Shown piece by piece: positions 52,444 to 63,894 of a stretch of DNA of 64,000 nt; position 1 is the stretch's first letter; every line of letters begins with the position of its first letter. The stretch is from NCBI RefSeq assembly GCF_009914755.1, contig NC_060936.1; one strand, 5' to 3'. The notes under the pieces were generated by a model. It made no database searches. It had not been told where the DNA came from and worked only from the letters and a program-made list of their open reading frames with translations. The stretch is from the human T2T-CHM13v2.0 reference genome, Homo sapiens. A program made the position numbers and the translations under genes.

Positions 52444-52849
52444 AACTATAGGATCACGGAAGTATTTAAGGACAAGCCTAGAAGTGACTTTGATCATTCC
52501 TATCCATATTCCATTGGCCAGAGCCCAGTCACCCAGCCCCAGTTTAACTGCAAAAGGAAAGGAAATCTTTCTGTGAGTCCCAGAAGAAAACAAATGGAAT
52601 TTGTGAGCATCCAGCCAGACTATGCCACAGTGTGATTCTTGTGTCGAAATCCATTTTTTCAATGTGATAGAGCCCTGAAATATATTACACATTTTTACAT
52701 ATCTATTACTAAATAAAATGATACGCACTTTACTTTAAAGGAGACTTACGAGATTTTCAAGGATACTTTTCATCGTGTGTGAATTTTGCTCCATGCACTG
52801 ATTTTAGAACCTAAGCCTCACGTGTCTGTGATGTCACATCAAGTGAAGA

Positions 52850-53050
52850 GCATGAGTAAAGAGTTGGACAGACCTGGGATTACAGCTCAGCTCTGGGTGG
52901 CCAGGCACAGATCCTTCTTGATCCTCAGTTTGCCTATCTGTAAAATGAGATGATAATAGTGCCCACTTCATGTGGTTTTTGTAAGGAAAAAAAGTGCTAC
53001 AATATACATAAAGTGCTTGGTGGTAGTCACACTGTAAGCACTCAATAAAT
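52850..53050 (+). mobile_element. MIR SINE
   Basis: cagacctgggatt...cctcagtttgcctatctgtaaaatgagatgataatagtgccc...gtaagcactcaataaa. Confidence 0.8.
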
Positions 53051-53071
53051 AGCGAAGATAAGAAGAGGTAC

Positions 53072-53290
53072 AGTTCGTGACCAGCCTGGCCAACATGGTA
53101 AAACCACATCTCTACTAAAAATACAAAAATTAGCCAGGTGTGGTGGCAGATGCCTGTAATTCCAAGTACTGGAGAGGCTGAGGCAGGAGAATCACTTGAA
53201 CCCAGGAAGTGGAGGTTGCATTCAGCCAAGATCATGCCACTTCACTCCAGCCTGGGCGACAGAGTGAGACCCTGTCCCCTCCCCACCCCC
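53072..53290 (+). mobile_element. 5'-truncated Alu with a C-rich replaced tail
   Basis: Starts agttcgtgaccagcctggccaacatgg; right arm complete; ends cctgtcccctccccaccccc instead of poly-A. Confidence 0.93.
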
Positions 53291-53340
53291 AAGAATAGAG
53301 GAGGGACACATAATTTAGGTGATCAAAGTCTGCTGTGGTT

Positions 53341-53762
<422 letters not shown>

Positions 53763-53914
53763 CTATAATTAAAAATAAATAGAAACTGATAGTAATATTT
53801 ATCTGATAGGGTTGTTGGGGTGATAAAGTTTATCTCAATGAAAATGTGTTGAAGGCAGATTATGTGCTAGGCAGCATAGTTGGCTCTAGGGAAAACAAAC
53901 ATGAATAAGATATT

Positions 53915-54269
53915 GTATCAGTGATCTGTCCCAGAGCTTAGTGGTTTCAAACAATTTTATTTTCCACAGCTCTGTGGGCTGGCCAGGTGGTTCTTCTGCT
54001 GGTTTCACCTGGGCTCTCTCACACAGTGCAGTTACCTGGTTGCTGTGGACTGGGCTCAGCTGGGATGGCTCAGAAGCCTGTGTTCCATGACAGTAAGCCC
54101 CAGGGAAAAGCACTTCCCCAGCCTCTGATTGTATTATGATTGTTGACATCCCATTGGCCAAAGCAAGTCACACAGCCAAGTCCCAAGTCAATGCGGGAGG
54201 AGACCACACAAGGGCACAGATACCAAAAGGAGGGATTCATTTGAGGCCATTACTGTAACCATTTACCAC
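53915..54269 (-). mobile_element. MaLR LTR (MLT1H-like)
   Basis: cttagtggtttcaaacaa...ggtggttcttctgctgg...cccattggccaaagcaagtcacacagccaag...ggccattactgtaaccatttaccaca. Confidence 0.8.
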
Positions 54270-55782
54270 AAATATCTTATCTGTCCTTAAGAATGCTCCT
54301 GCGAAATGTCCATCTTGCCCCTGCTAGATGTATCACTCTCCACAGCTATCTCCCCTGACATCTCCCAAGGAAGCATTTATAAGATAACTGCCTGGTGAGC
54401 TTATGCAACATTGCATAAGTCTGACTTTCCACTCAGCATCAGACATCATTAGACTCATCTACATCATTAGATCACTCCTACTCACATTCCACTGGCCAGA
54501 ATCCAGTCACAGGGACACACTACAACTGCAAAGGAGGCTGGGAAATGTAATCTTTCTCCAGGTCCCAGAACTGGGCACTGGCACGGCCCTCACAGAGACT
54601 CCTACATTGATGCTACTTCTGCCTCCACAGTGTTCTTCACACTCTAGGAGACTCACAGAGGGATTTCCCTTTGCTCTTTGGCACTACATGGCTGATAGCT
54701 GTAGTCTGGGGGAAGATGGTGGCGTTCACAGGGCAGATGGTGGCATTCACGAGGGTTAGGCTGCTGACCAGGCCTAGAGTAGGATGGGTTCAGGAGAAGC
54801 CAGACATTGTACTAAGGTCCTAAAGTCTTGATATGAGCCCCTCACATGGACACTGGGTGGCACAGCCCTATAGAGTATCTCTCTGCTCACCTTTTGAGAA
54901 GACAATGTGGAGAGAAAATTTACTTTATAATTTTTCTAGGAAGGTAGCATTTTGTGGGTTGTTCTTCCTCAAAACCAGATGTTGACTAGGACTTGTCTCC
55001 TCTCACTACACAAAGGACAAGGTCTCATTTCTTGGGCTTTGGACATAACCTCTAGGTCTCCAGAAAGTGTCCCCTGTGGGTCCTCCCTTTGCCCTGTCCC
55101 CTATGTCTCTTGTCTCTCCTTGGTCCTATAGTAGTTCTCCCTCTTAAGATCTTCCCTGGATGTATCTCTATACTGCTTTTTTTTTCTTTTTGGGGGACAT
55201 TTCAACCCTCCTTAAAGAATGGGGGACTGGGAAGGGGCTTCACTGAGTGGTAGAATTAAATGATATGGAAGAAAGCAAGACCATCCAAAGACCATAGTAA
55301 TTCAGGCTAATAAGACTCAGAGGACAGACAGAACAGATATTTAATTGGCAGACACAACACAACTGCTGAACCATTTCCTTGACCAACTACCCAGGGCCAG
55401 CTCCATAATCTGAAGGACCCAGTGTAAAATGAAAATTTGGAACTATTTGTTCAAAAAACACAGGGAAAGAGCTACTAGAGATATTAAAATATAAAGCTTT
55501 TCCTTCCACAGTCTCTCTTGCAACTTTTCATGATACTTTTTATTTGCTATTTAACGTCATTCTCAGTAAAGTTAAAATTTTACATTATTAGCATACATTT
55601 TACCATTCACCTTTATACTGTGCACTGACAGTTTTAAGTGCAAGTATTAAGAGCATTTAACTCACATGCTGAATCCCCAGAATGATACAATTATGCAATT
55701 CTTATTTCCTAGCTCTTACACGCATGTGTATTTCATTCATACCAGAACAATAGAAATGGTGCATAAAAGCAACATAGTGTTA

Positions 55783-55960
55783 CGCGTGGTGGCTCACACC
55801 TGTAATCCCAGCACTTTGAGAGGCTGAGGCGGGTAGATCACTTGAGGCCAAGTGTTTGAGGCTAGCCTGGCCAACATGGCAAAACCCCATCTCTACTAAA
55901 AATACAAAAAATATATATACACAATAAATACAAGTACAAAAAAAAGTGAAATAAAAACAA
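55783..55960 (+). mobile_element. Alu left monomer plus A-rich tract
   Basis: gtggtggctcacacctgtaatcccagcactttg...ctctactaaaaatacaaaaa; no right arm. Confidence 0.92.
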
Positions 55961-55964
55961 CTAC

Positions 55965-56193
55965 TTTTTTTGTTTTGCTTTGTTTTAGACAGAGTCTCAC
56001 TCTGCCACCCAGGCTGGAGTGCAAAGGTGAGATCTTGGCTCACTGCTACCTCTACCCCCAGAGCTCCAACAATTCTCATGCCTCAGTCTGCTGAGTAGCT
56101 GAGGACTACAGGCACATACCACCATGCCAGGCTAATTTTTTTTTATCCCTCCCAAAGTGCTGGGATTACAGGCATGAGCCACTGCGCTCAGCC
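55965..56193 (-). mobile_element. Alu with most of the left monomer deleted
   Basis: Reverse right arm, then gctaattttttttt jumps directly to cctcccaaagtgctgggattacaggcatgagcc. Confidence 0.92.
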
Positions 56194-56779
56194 TCATTTC
56201 TTAATATCCACACATTCTACCAATACTCTCCACCTTCAGTTTAGGGATGAGTAAAGAAGGAATGAAAGGAAAAGTAACTATGGATTTCCCTCTGTTTCTT
56301 TTTCATTCTATACCTTCATTTTCAGCATAAGAAAGGATATGAGAAGATTCCTTGGGGTTCATGTTTTCTAGAACACCATTGCCTTCTTTTTCTTGTTCAA
56401 AGCAAGCTCTGGTTTGAATGGAAAGCGTGGCCCTTGGGGTTGTCAGTGTCCCCAGTTATCCACCACAGACATAACACACATACCTTATACTCACTTGAGC
56501 CTCACTGAACTCATGCCTCATGAGTCTCCCAGAATTTGTGCTCAGGGTACATCACAAATACTATATGCAAATGGGGTGGCAAGCAACGGCAGACAGGCAA
56601 ATTAGGTATGTCTTCTGCTCACACACATGTGCCATTGTCCAACCAAACTTCACTTATAAAATGTGAGTTCAAAGATCAAATTATCAAGAATTTCAAGATG
56701 GCAGCAGCAAGGCATTAAACCAAGTATAGGGAGCTTCTGAGCCCAGGGCCCTGCACATGCCCATGAAGCTGAAATAGCC

Positions 56780-57545
56780 TTATGGAATTTTCACAGACAC
56801 TTCCAACTAAACGTGTTCCAAAGTCATGTCATGATTGACCCAGCGAACCACCATCAAATATCCTCCTGACCTTCTCTTCCCCATCTCAATAAACGGTTCC
56901 CCAACTTGCCCTCTTGCTGATATCATATACCTGGTGTTCATGCCAAACACCCCTCTCTCCCTCACCACAGCCCCTTCCCTCTACCACATTTAATTTATTG
57001 CCAAATTCCATTGATGTGTACCCCCAAAATATTTCCCCAATCTGTCCATTTCCATTTGCCCCCACTATTCCTCATGAAAGCCACCATCAACACTTGTCTA
57101 CACAACTGTAACAGCCTCCCAACTGGTCTCCATTCTTCCATTCTTGTCCCTTATAATCCATCCTCCACAAACATTTTAGAGTGATCATCCTAAAATGTAA
57201 ACTGACTCCCTTCAACACTTGTTACTGAAATCCCTTCATTAACTGGCTCCTTCAGACGCTTCAAACCTCAGCTCAAATACTGTTTCCTCTGAGAGGCCTT
57301 CCTGGAGCATCCGAAACAAGGTGACCCTGCCCCATATCCACCTTCATGTTCCTCTCTTAGAGAGTTGTTTCTTTCCTTCACCACACTTATCAGACCTGTG
57401 ACTGAATTTGTGGGTGTTTATTGAGCTACAGTGCAAATTCAAAGAAGACAAGACTGTTCATTCACTGTACCATACCCAGCTACTAGCACAGCATTTGGTC
57501 CATGGTAGGCACTCAGTTTTTAAGGAATGAATAAGTGGATTCATG
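56780..57545 (+). mobile_element. L2 LINE remnant
   Basis: cttccccatctcaataaacgg...aacagcctcccaactggtctcc...cagctcaaatactgtttcctctgagaggcctt...gtaggcactcag. Confidence 0.8.
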
Positions 57546-57984
57546 AAGAATGGAGAAGGAAGCATTGACACTAACTCCCCAGTCTCTGGCTTAGATGACA
57601 GGGAGCTCGTGGGGGCACAAATAAAGACAGGAATTCTAAGGGGAAAATAATTCCCTTGGAAAAAGAATGAGCTGATGTGTGTAAGATTTCTTTATAAGCT
57701 ACAGGCACCCACATAAATGTGCAATTGGAAGTAACAGCACCAACTCCAGTTAGTGTAGGCTGAGGTGACTGTACCTTCAAGCCAATGCACTTTGAGGGAA
57801 TGGGGCACTAGAAATAGTCATACCCCGATGATTGGCATGGACCAGGACTGGCCAGGCAACAGGACATAGGGTCAACTCAGGAATAGACTCTAAAGACACA
57901 GGGCCCAAGAGCAAGAGTGCAGGGACTTCAGATCATTCTAGAACTGAGAATAAGAAAGTCCTTAGGAACATAGTCAAAGTTATC

Positions 57985-58110
57985 TCTCTTCTTCTTCTTC
58001 TTCTTCTTCTTCTTCTTCCTTTTTTCTTCTCCTTCTTCTTCTTCTCTCTCTCTCTCTCTCCCCCTCTTTCTCTCTTTTATACCCTCACTCTCTTCTGTTC
58101 TTTCTCATTC
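57985..58110 (+). repeat. (CTT)n/(CT)n polypyrimidine microsatellite
   Basis: ctcttcttcttcttcttcttcttcttcttcttcc...ctctctctctctctc. Confidence 0.95.
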
Positions 58111-59187
58111 CAGGTTCCCAGCGAAAGACTGTGATTGGCCCAGCTTTGGTCAGGTGCCCACCCCTAGTTCACTCAGCTGGGACCCAGGGGCAGGAGACTA
58201 CTTCACAAACACAGTGTCCAGGTAGTATATAAAGCCAGGCAAACTCTCTAAAAGAGATCAACTACAAACTATAACATTAAGGGGTTCAGACTCAGCTGGC
58301 CAGGCATGATGACATGTGAAATGAGTGGTAGGGTCAAGCATTTTTTAAAAGCCCTGAGCAGGGAAGGTCAGTCAGGGAAGACTTCCTGGAAGAGGTGAGC
58401 CTTGAGAGACTGTCAGACTTTGGATGGAGCAGCTGGGAAGTGTTTCAGGAGAAAGAAACAGCATGAACAAAGGCCAGGGGGCAGAACAAATGAAGCTAAA
58501 TTGGTTATCTCATTTCTCTTCTGAAATTCCCCCATGTCACCTCATGGATCTTTATTGTGTAGTCATTTTTTTGGTAATAATCTGTTTGAGGATTTGAAAT
58601 TTTCGCCATCTTCCCACTCCCTGTTCAGTAGACAACAGTGAGCACCTGGCTATTACTGACATTGTCTGTAGGGTTTGGGCCACAAGACTAAAAGTACATC
58701 CATTTTATGAGAAGCTATTGAGACCATTTACAAAGATTTCTCTAGCAGAGTTTTTCAGATCATGCTATTAATGGGTCAACTAGTACATTTTGTAAGTGAC
58801 ATAAAATACAATGGAATAGAACATAGCAGAATTCATTGTAGGCAATAAGGGTAAACATAGATTTGTGAAACTTTTGTTTCAGTTCCATTTCTATGGATGT
58901 GCAGGTCATGGGGGAAAATATACAAGAATATTGCACTGAGAGGAACCTCAATCAGACTCTCCCTTTATTACCTTCTCCCTGGGAAATGGTTTTATGAGAC
59001 AGACTGAGTTGGAGGGTAAGTTGGAGGGTCAGTGGTATTAACTGGATGCTTTCCTAAGATTTGAAATGTGGATGGAAGAGAATCCTCCAGCTTTGGGGTT
59101 TTATGTTTTAAAAATGTGCCAGAAATGTATGGCATGCTAAAATATACACTGCGTCTCTCATCTTCCTCTCCTTCTTCACTCCAACTT

Positions 59188-59350
59188 CTTCCAACTAAAC
59201 ATGTTCCAAAGTAATGTCATGATTGACCCAGAGCACCACCATCAAATATCCTCCTGACCCATCTCAATAAAAGGTTCCACAACCTGCCCTCTTGCTGACA
59301 TCACACACCTGGCGCTCATGCCAAACATCCCTCACTCCCTCACCACAGCC
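59188..59350 (+). repeat. Local copy of the L2-derived segment 56800-56972
   Basis: cttccaactaaac[g/a]tgttccaaagt[c/a]atgtcatgattgacccag...tccctcaccacagcc shared; this copy lacks ~10 bp (ttctcttccc). Confidence 0.95.
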
Positions 59351-60099
59351 TCCTTCTATCCATCAATAGAGCTATCAACAAGGAACAGACAAAAGAGAAA
59401 CAGGGTGATATGAAATACTGACACTTGAAGGAAATAGGATTTGCTGGTCCTCGACTTCAATGTGGATTCCCTCTTGGAAACGCTTTCATGGTGACTGGTC
59501 ATGACCCTTAAACTGTCTCTCTAAGATACAAAATGACCAGACTGCCCTCCCATTCATGAACGGACAAACCCAAACCTTCAGACAACCACATGAAGCATTC
59601 AAGTCCACAGACTGCTCAGGATAAGTCAGTCCCTGCTTAGCAAGCTAAACAAATATTCAGGCTCCTGGCTACTTGGTCAAGTTCTTAAGAGCTCACAGAT
59701 CTTGCTGCACCCTTCCCCGCCCATGGAAAATTGCAGTGTTTGGATGAGTGCAGCCACTGAACAAATGGCTAGTCGGCCTATGAGCCGCACCTTGATCATT
59801 TCACTGTGGGAGGCCAGTTTCTTAACAATGCAACATTAAATTCTCCAGTCCCTCTTTTCTCATTATACAATCCAGCTGTTTCCTGCAGCCGCCTGCAGGG
59901 ATGACAGCACTGGGCTAAGACAGTCTCCAGTGCTGTCTTAGCCAGAGCTCAGTTACTAGTCTTCTGTCCCCTTGGAATTTCATTTCTTCATCTGCAGAAT
60001 GGGAGAACCTCTTCTCGCTTCCCCTACAGGGCTGTGGAGAGGATCAGCCGGCATGACTGCCACTTCTTTTGTTAAGCATAGAGTGGTGGTAATGTTAGA

Positions 60100-61100
60100 A
60101 GCCACCCTTCCTGGCGGGAGTAGGGTGGGAGTCTGGAGGTGGAGGGGGAGGGAGGGGCCAGGGTAGGCTCTCAAACCAAATGCTGACCCAGTGATACCTT
60201 CGTTGTACTTGGCCCTAGGCCCACCCACAACTTTCCCAGCAATCTTGCCGCTGCCGCACCTTAAAACCACCCAGCAAGAAAAGGGGGAAACTATTTCTCT
60301 CAGTAAAGCCCTCAGGTCCTCCCTCTGAAACCAGAGCTTCGGGGAGAGCAACAAGTGAGTAGTGACTCAGTGTTTAGTCTGTAGCCCTGCGTGTGCACAC
60401 GACGACTTAGGAGGGTCTCACTGAGCTCCCAGGGCCGCTAGTCAGAATCTGTGTGGGAATTAAGCAAGTTCAAAGGGCAGCTGAGCAAAGATGCTGGTTC
60501 GGGGGCAGTCGGGGGAAGAGGGTGAGGATGGAAAGGTTTGAAAGGCTGCCCTGGGCACAGGGTCAGCCCTAGGATGGGCTGGGGTCAGCCGGGATGGCAT
60601 CCAAGCAAAGGCTTCTGGAGGCAACATGAGGATGTTTGGCAATCAGAACGCTCCTTCCCAGTGGATCCCTGGAAGGGAATGTAAACAGCGCGTGGGCTCC
60701 TCGGGGCCCCGTGCGTGACCAGAGCCGAGTTGGGGAGGACTGCTGGCTCACCTCGGGCTTCTGGTCAGACCCCCCACCTCGAGCCCTGGGGGCGCCAGGG
60801 ATGATACCCCATGTCACAGCCATTCCAGAAGTGGAAAATGTAACGTGAGAAACATCTGCTCCTCTTCTTGGGAGTAATTGGGCCTCGGTGTGTGCATCTC
60901 TCCTTCCTCCTCACGCCTCCTTCTTCAATCTCTCTTTCCTCTCGACATTTATAAAAATAAAATGTGATGCCAGGGCTTGTAAACCAAATCCCAGAGATAA
61001 CTGGGCTGTGGGTTGAACGCGTGCTTCACTGGATACCACCAAGGCCAGCCTGCCAGGGGGAGGTGTATCCCCGAGAAGAGGGAGGGAAGGGAACAGGAAG
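60100..61100. promoter_or_regulatory. GC/CpG-enriched candidate enhancer or weak promoter
   Basis: Visibly more CpGs than the rest of the non-Alu window; AP-1 TGACTCA 60363, DR1 AGTTCAaAGGGCA 60467, GGAATG/GTAAACA 60676-60687, CATTCC 60821. Confidence 0.4.
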
Positions 61101-61829
61101 CAGAGAAAGAGTCGGAGGTGTGGAAGGAATCCAGGGAACAAGAATAAGCCGAGCTCACATCTTGGAGATGTCACCACCTTCTCAGTCCATCTGCCTCGTG
61201 AGAGCTGAAGAGGCTTTGGTTTCTCTCTTCCCTACCTTGGAACTTCCTCAGCCCCAGCCGTGCCTTCCGCCTGCATCTTATTTCTTAGGGAACTTACTGC
61301 CAGGACTCAGCAAGTCATAAATAATGGTAAAATAAAGAATATCTAGTGGATGTTAAATAGTTCAGTGAATCAGGCTAACTAAATGTCTTCCTGCTTTAAC
61401 CGAAAGGGACCAGTCAGGGCAAAATCAGCTGTTCCCTGCCAGCTACTACCAACTGAAGCCATACGTTTTGACCAAGATTTGGGTCAAATTGAGCATCCCT
61501 AATTATTTTCTTCTATGTTGTGGAAAAGTCTAGCTATTCTATTAGGTCTCACCTCTTATTGCCCTCTCACTCAGTTCCTGGCTGTGTCAGCCTCTGTGCT
61601 TCATAGGAGAACCAGAGATACTCAGTGCTGATTACTGTGATGTCTTTTAGGCATACACTATTGATTCAGAGACTAAAATGTGAAAAGAGAGCAGTTACTT
61701 GAACAAAGAGGTCAGTCACTTGCTGCTCTGGATGTGGAGGGATAAAACCAAGAATAAAATATTCTTTGTGTCATAGCAAGAGCCAAGATGCTCAATTCGC
61801 TTTCTTCATAATGCATCATTTTATAAGTG

Positions 61830-62015
61830 CCAGACACTATAGTACATGTTTTATACATATCTCCTGGCTCTCCCACTAGAAGACAAGCTCCATGGGGGAG
61901 AAACCTTACCTTTTGGGGTTGATTATTCACCACTGTATTCCTATTGTGCAGGACAGTGCCTGGAACATAGTAGGCATTCCGTGAATATTTATTCAGTGGA
62001 TAGATGGTTGAGTGA
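61830..62015 (+). mobile_element. L2 3' end
   Basis: ccactagaagacaagctccatgggggaga...ttattcaccactgtattcc...acagtgcctggaacatagtaggcattccgtgaatattt. Confidence 0.82.
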
Positions 62016-62129
62016 ATCTCTCTGAGCAGATTAGATCATGGATGAAGAAGTGAAATATCTAACTATACAAATACAATGGGGACAAACAGATATGCACGCC
62101 CCCACAGAGGGGACTGTGAAGGTTTGTGA

Positions 62130-63894
62130 GTGAATATGATGGCAGGATAGGAGTTCTCTGGCTCTACCCACACACACACACATCCACAGAAATCCAGCTA
62201 GTAACTATCCATAGAAAACAAAACCTTCATGAATATCTCAGAACTCTGGAGTGAGGCTAAGACACCCTTTGGGACTGCAGAACTGAGGAACACCTCATTT
62301 GAAGGGTAAGAGTGATGGTTTCTATTTGACCTCATCAACCCTCCCCCAAGCAGGCATTGCACCACACACAGGATTCCCCTGGGCCCATGGTGGACATTCA
62401 ACTTTCCTACCATTTTGGACCCCCTGCAGGAGGCTCATCCCTGTTTCATCCCATGGGAAACATTGGGTGTACCAGCAGAGCTACATTACCAGTTAAAAAA
62501 CAAAATAATAGTGGGGCCTATAGTGACAAGAACCCAGATCTTGGCAATGGCTCTGTATTCCAGCCAACAGTGGAGCCACATAAAAGAGACTACCCAACAG
62601 CATAGCTCTGCAGGAAGCACTGCCTTCAGCTCCGCAAGCTCAAGTCCCTAGCCAGCTTCCCCACCCAAACTTGATACTCTCCTTAAGCCTTCTCCAGGCT
62701 GGGTGGCAAGTGCAGGTCAGTATTTACCCATGGAGGGAGCATCTGGCCCTGCACAACCCAGAGGCTGAGCTGTGATCCAACCAAGCCCCAGCTCTCCTTA
62801 ATCCCTCTTCAGGCTGAGAAGCAAGTGCAAGTCAGCATTTACCCACATATGGAACATCTGACCCCACACAACCCCAGCAGCTGAGCAGTGACTCCACCAA
62901 GCCTCAATGCTCTGCCTGAGGCTATGTTAGGCTGGGAGGCAAACCCAAGCCTACACATATCTGTGGACATAGCCTCTGGCCCTGGCCACCCCATGTGGCC
63001 AAGCAACAACCGCAGAAATCTCACCCAGCCTCAGAGCCCAGCACGCGGCCCTGACCAACTACAGATTACAAACAACAGTACCACCCAGCCAAAGAAGGCA
63101 ACCTGCAATCCTGCCCAGTTAGAGATGACCACAGAGCCCAGCCAGCAGCTCCGCCTGACTACAGAGTCCAGACAGTGGTCTCAACAGACCGCAGAGGACA
63201 GCCAGCAGTGCCATATAACCTTAGAGCACAAGAAATGGCACAGCTCAACTATAGAACCTGACACCAAAGTCTGTCTATATGGGATCACTACCAGCTGGCC
63301 ATCTAGAATCCAAGGCTAGATTAAATAGTAAAGGTCTATCACCACCAAAGAACACCTGAAAATGACAGAAGAAGTGGTTATATCCTCAGATGAACAGGCA
63401 CCAATGCAAGAACACAACGATTATGGAAAATCAGGGAAATATGACAACATCAAAAGAAATTAATAAAGCTCCAATAATGGACGCTGAAGAAATGGAGATG
63501 TATGCAATCACTGACAAAAAATTCAGAATATTCCTTTTAAAGAAGTTCAGGAAAATTCAAGATAATATAAATAGAAAATTAAATAAAACTTCAAAAACAA
63601 TTAATGAATACAATGAGAAGTTTGACAAAGAAATAGAAACAAATAGAAATTCTAGAGATAAGTAAAAGAATAACTGAACTAAAAAAATTAATAGAAAGTG
63701 TCAACAACAGATTTGATCAAACAGAAGAAAGAATCAGTGAGTTTAAATGTAGGACATTTGAAATTGTTATATCAGAGGAGCAAAAAGAAAAAGAATAAAG
63801 AAGTCCTACAGGAATTATTGGACACCATCAAAGGAACCAACTTTCACATAACAGAATTTTTGAAAGAAGAGAGAGAGAGGAAAAGGCCCAGAAA
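62130..63894 (+). mobile_element. Old L1 (L1M/L1MA-type) 5'UTR and disrupted ORF1 N-terminus
   Basis: ORF1-like translation MENQGNMTTSKEINKAP...EMYAITDKKFRIFLLKKF (63390-63665); downstream agatttgatcaaacagaagaaagaatcagtgag; frameshifts and stops. Confidence 0.88.

Larger units (their letters stand above)
51670..52629 (-). mobile_element. MLT1J-like LTR split by LTR16A and MER58A
   Basis: caaaatctaagtggcataacacaataaaag...cttccatctgcgac | ccatattccattggccagagcccagtcac...taactgcaaaagga...tatgccaca. Confidence 0.65.
55392..56770 (-). mobile_element. MER45B/C-like hAT-Tip100 DNA transposon containing two Alu pieces
   Basis: Ends match MER45: cagggccagctccataat...cccagtgtaaaatgaaaat...ttgttcaaaaa and aagaatttcaagatggcagcagcaaggcattaaaccaag...cccatgaagc. 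Confidence 0.82.

Noticed and set aside
54660-54669. NF-kB site GGGATTTCCC
   Set aside because: A single isolated match is expected by chance in 64 kb
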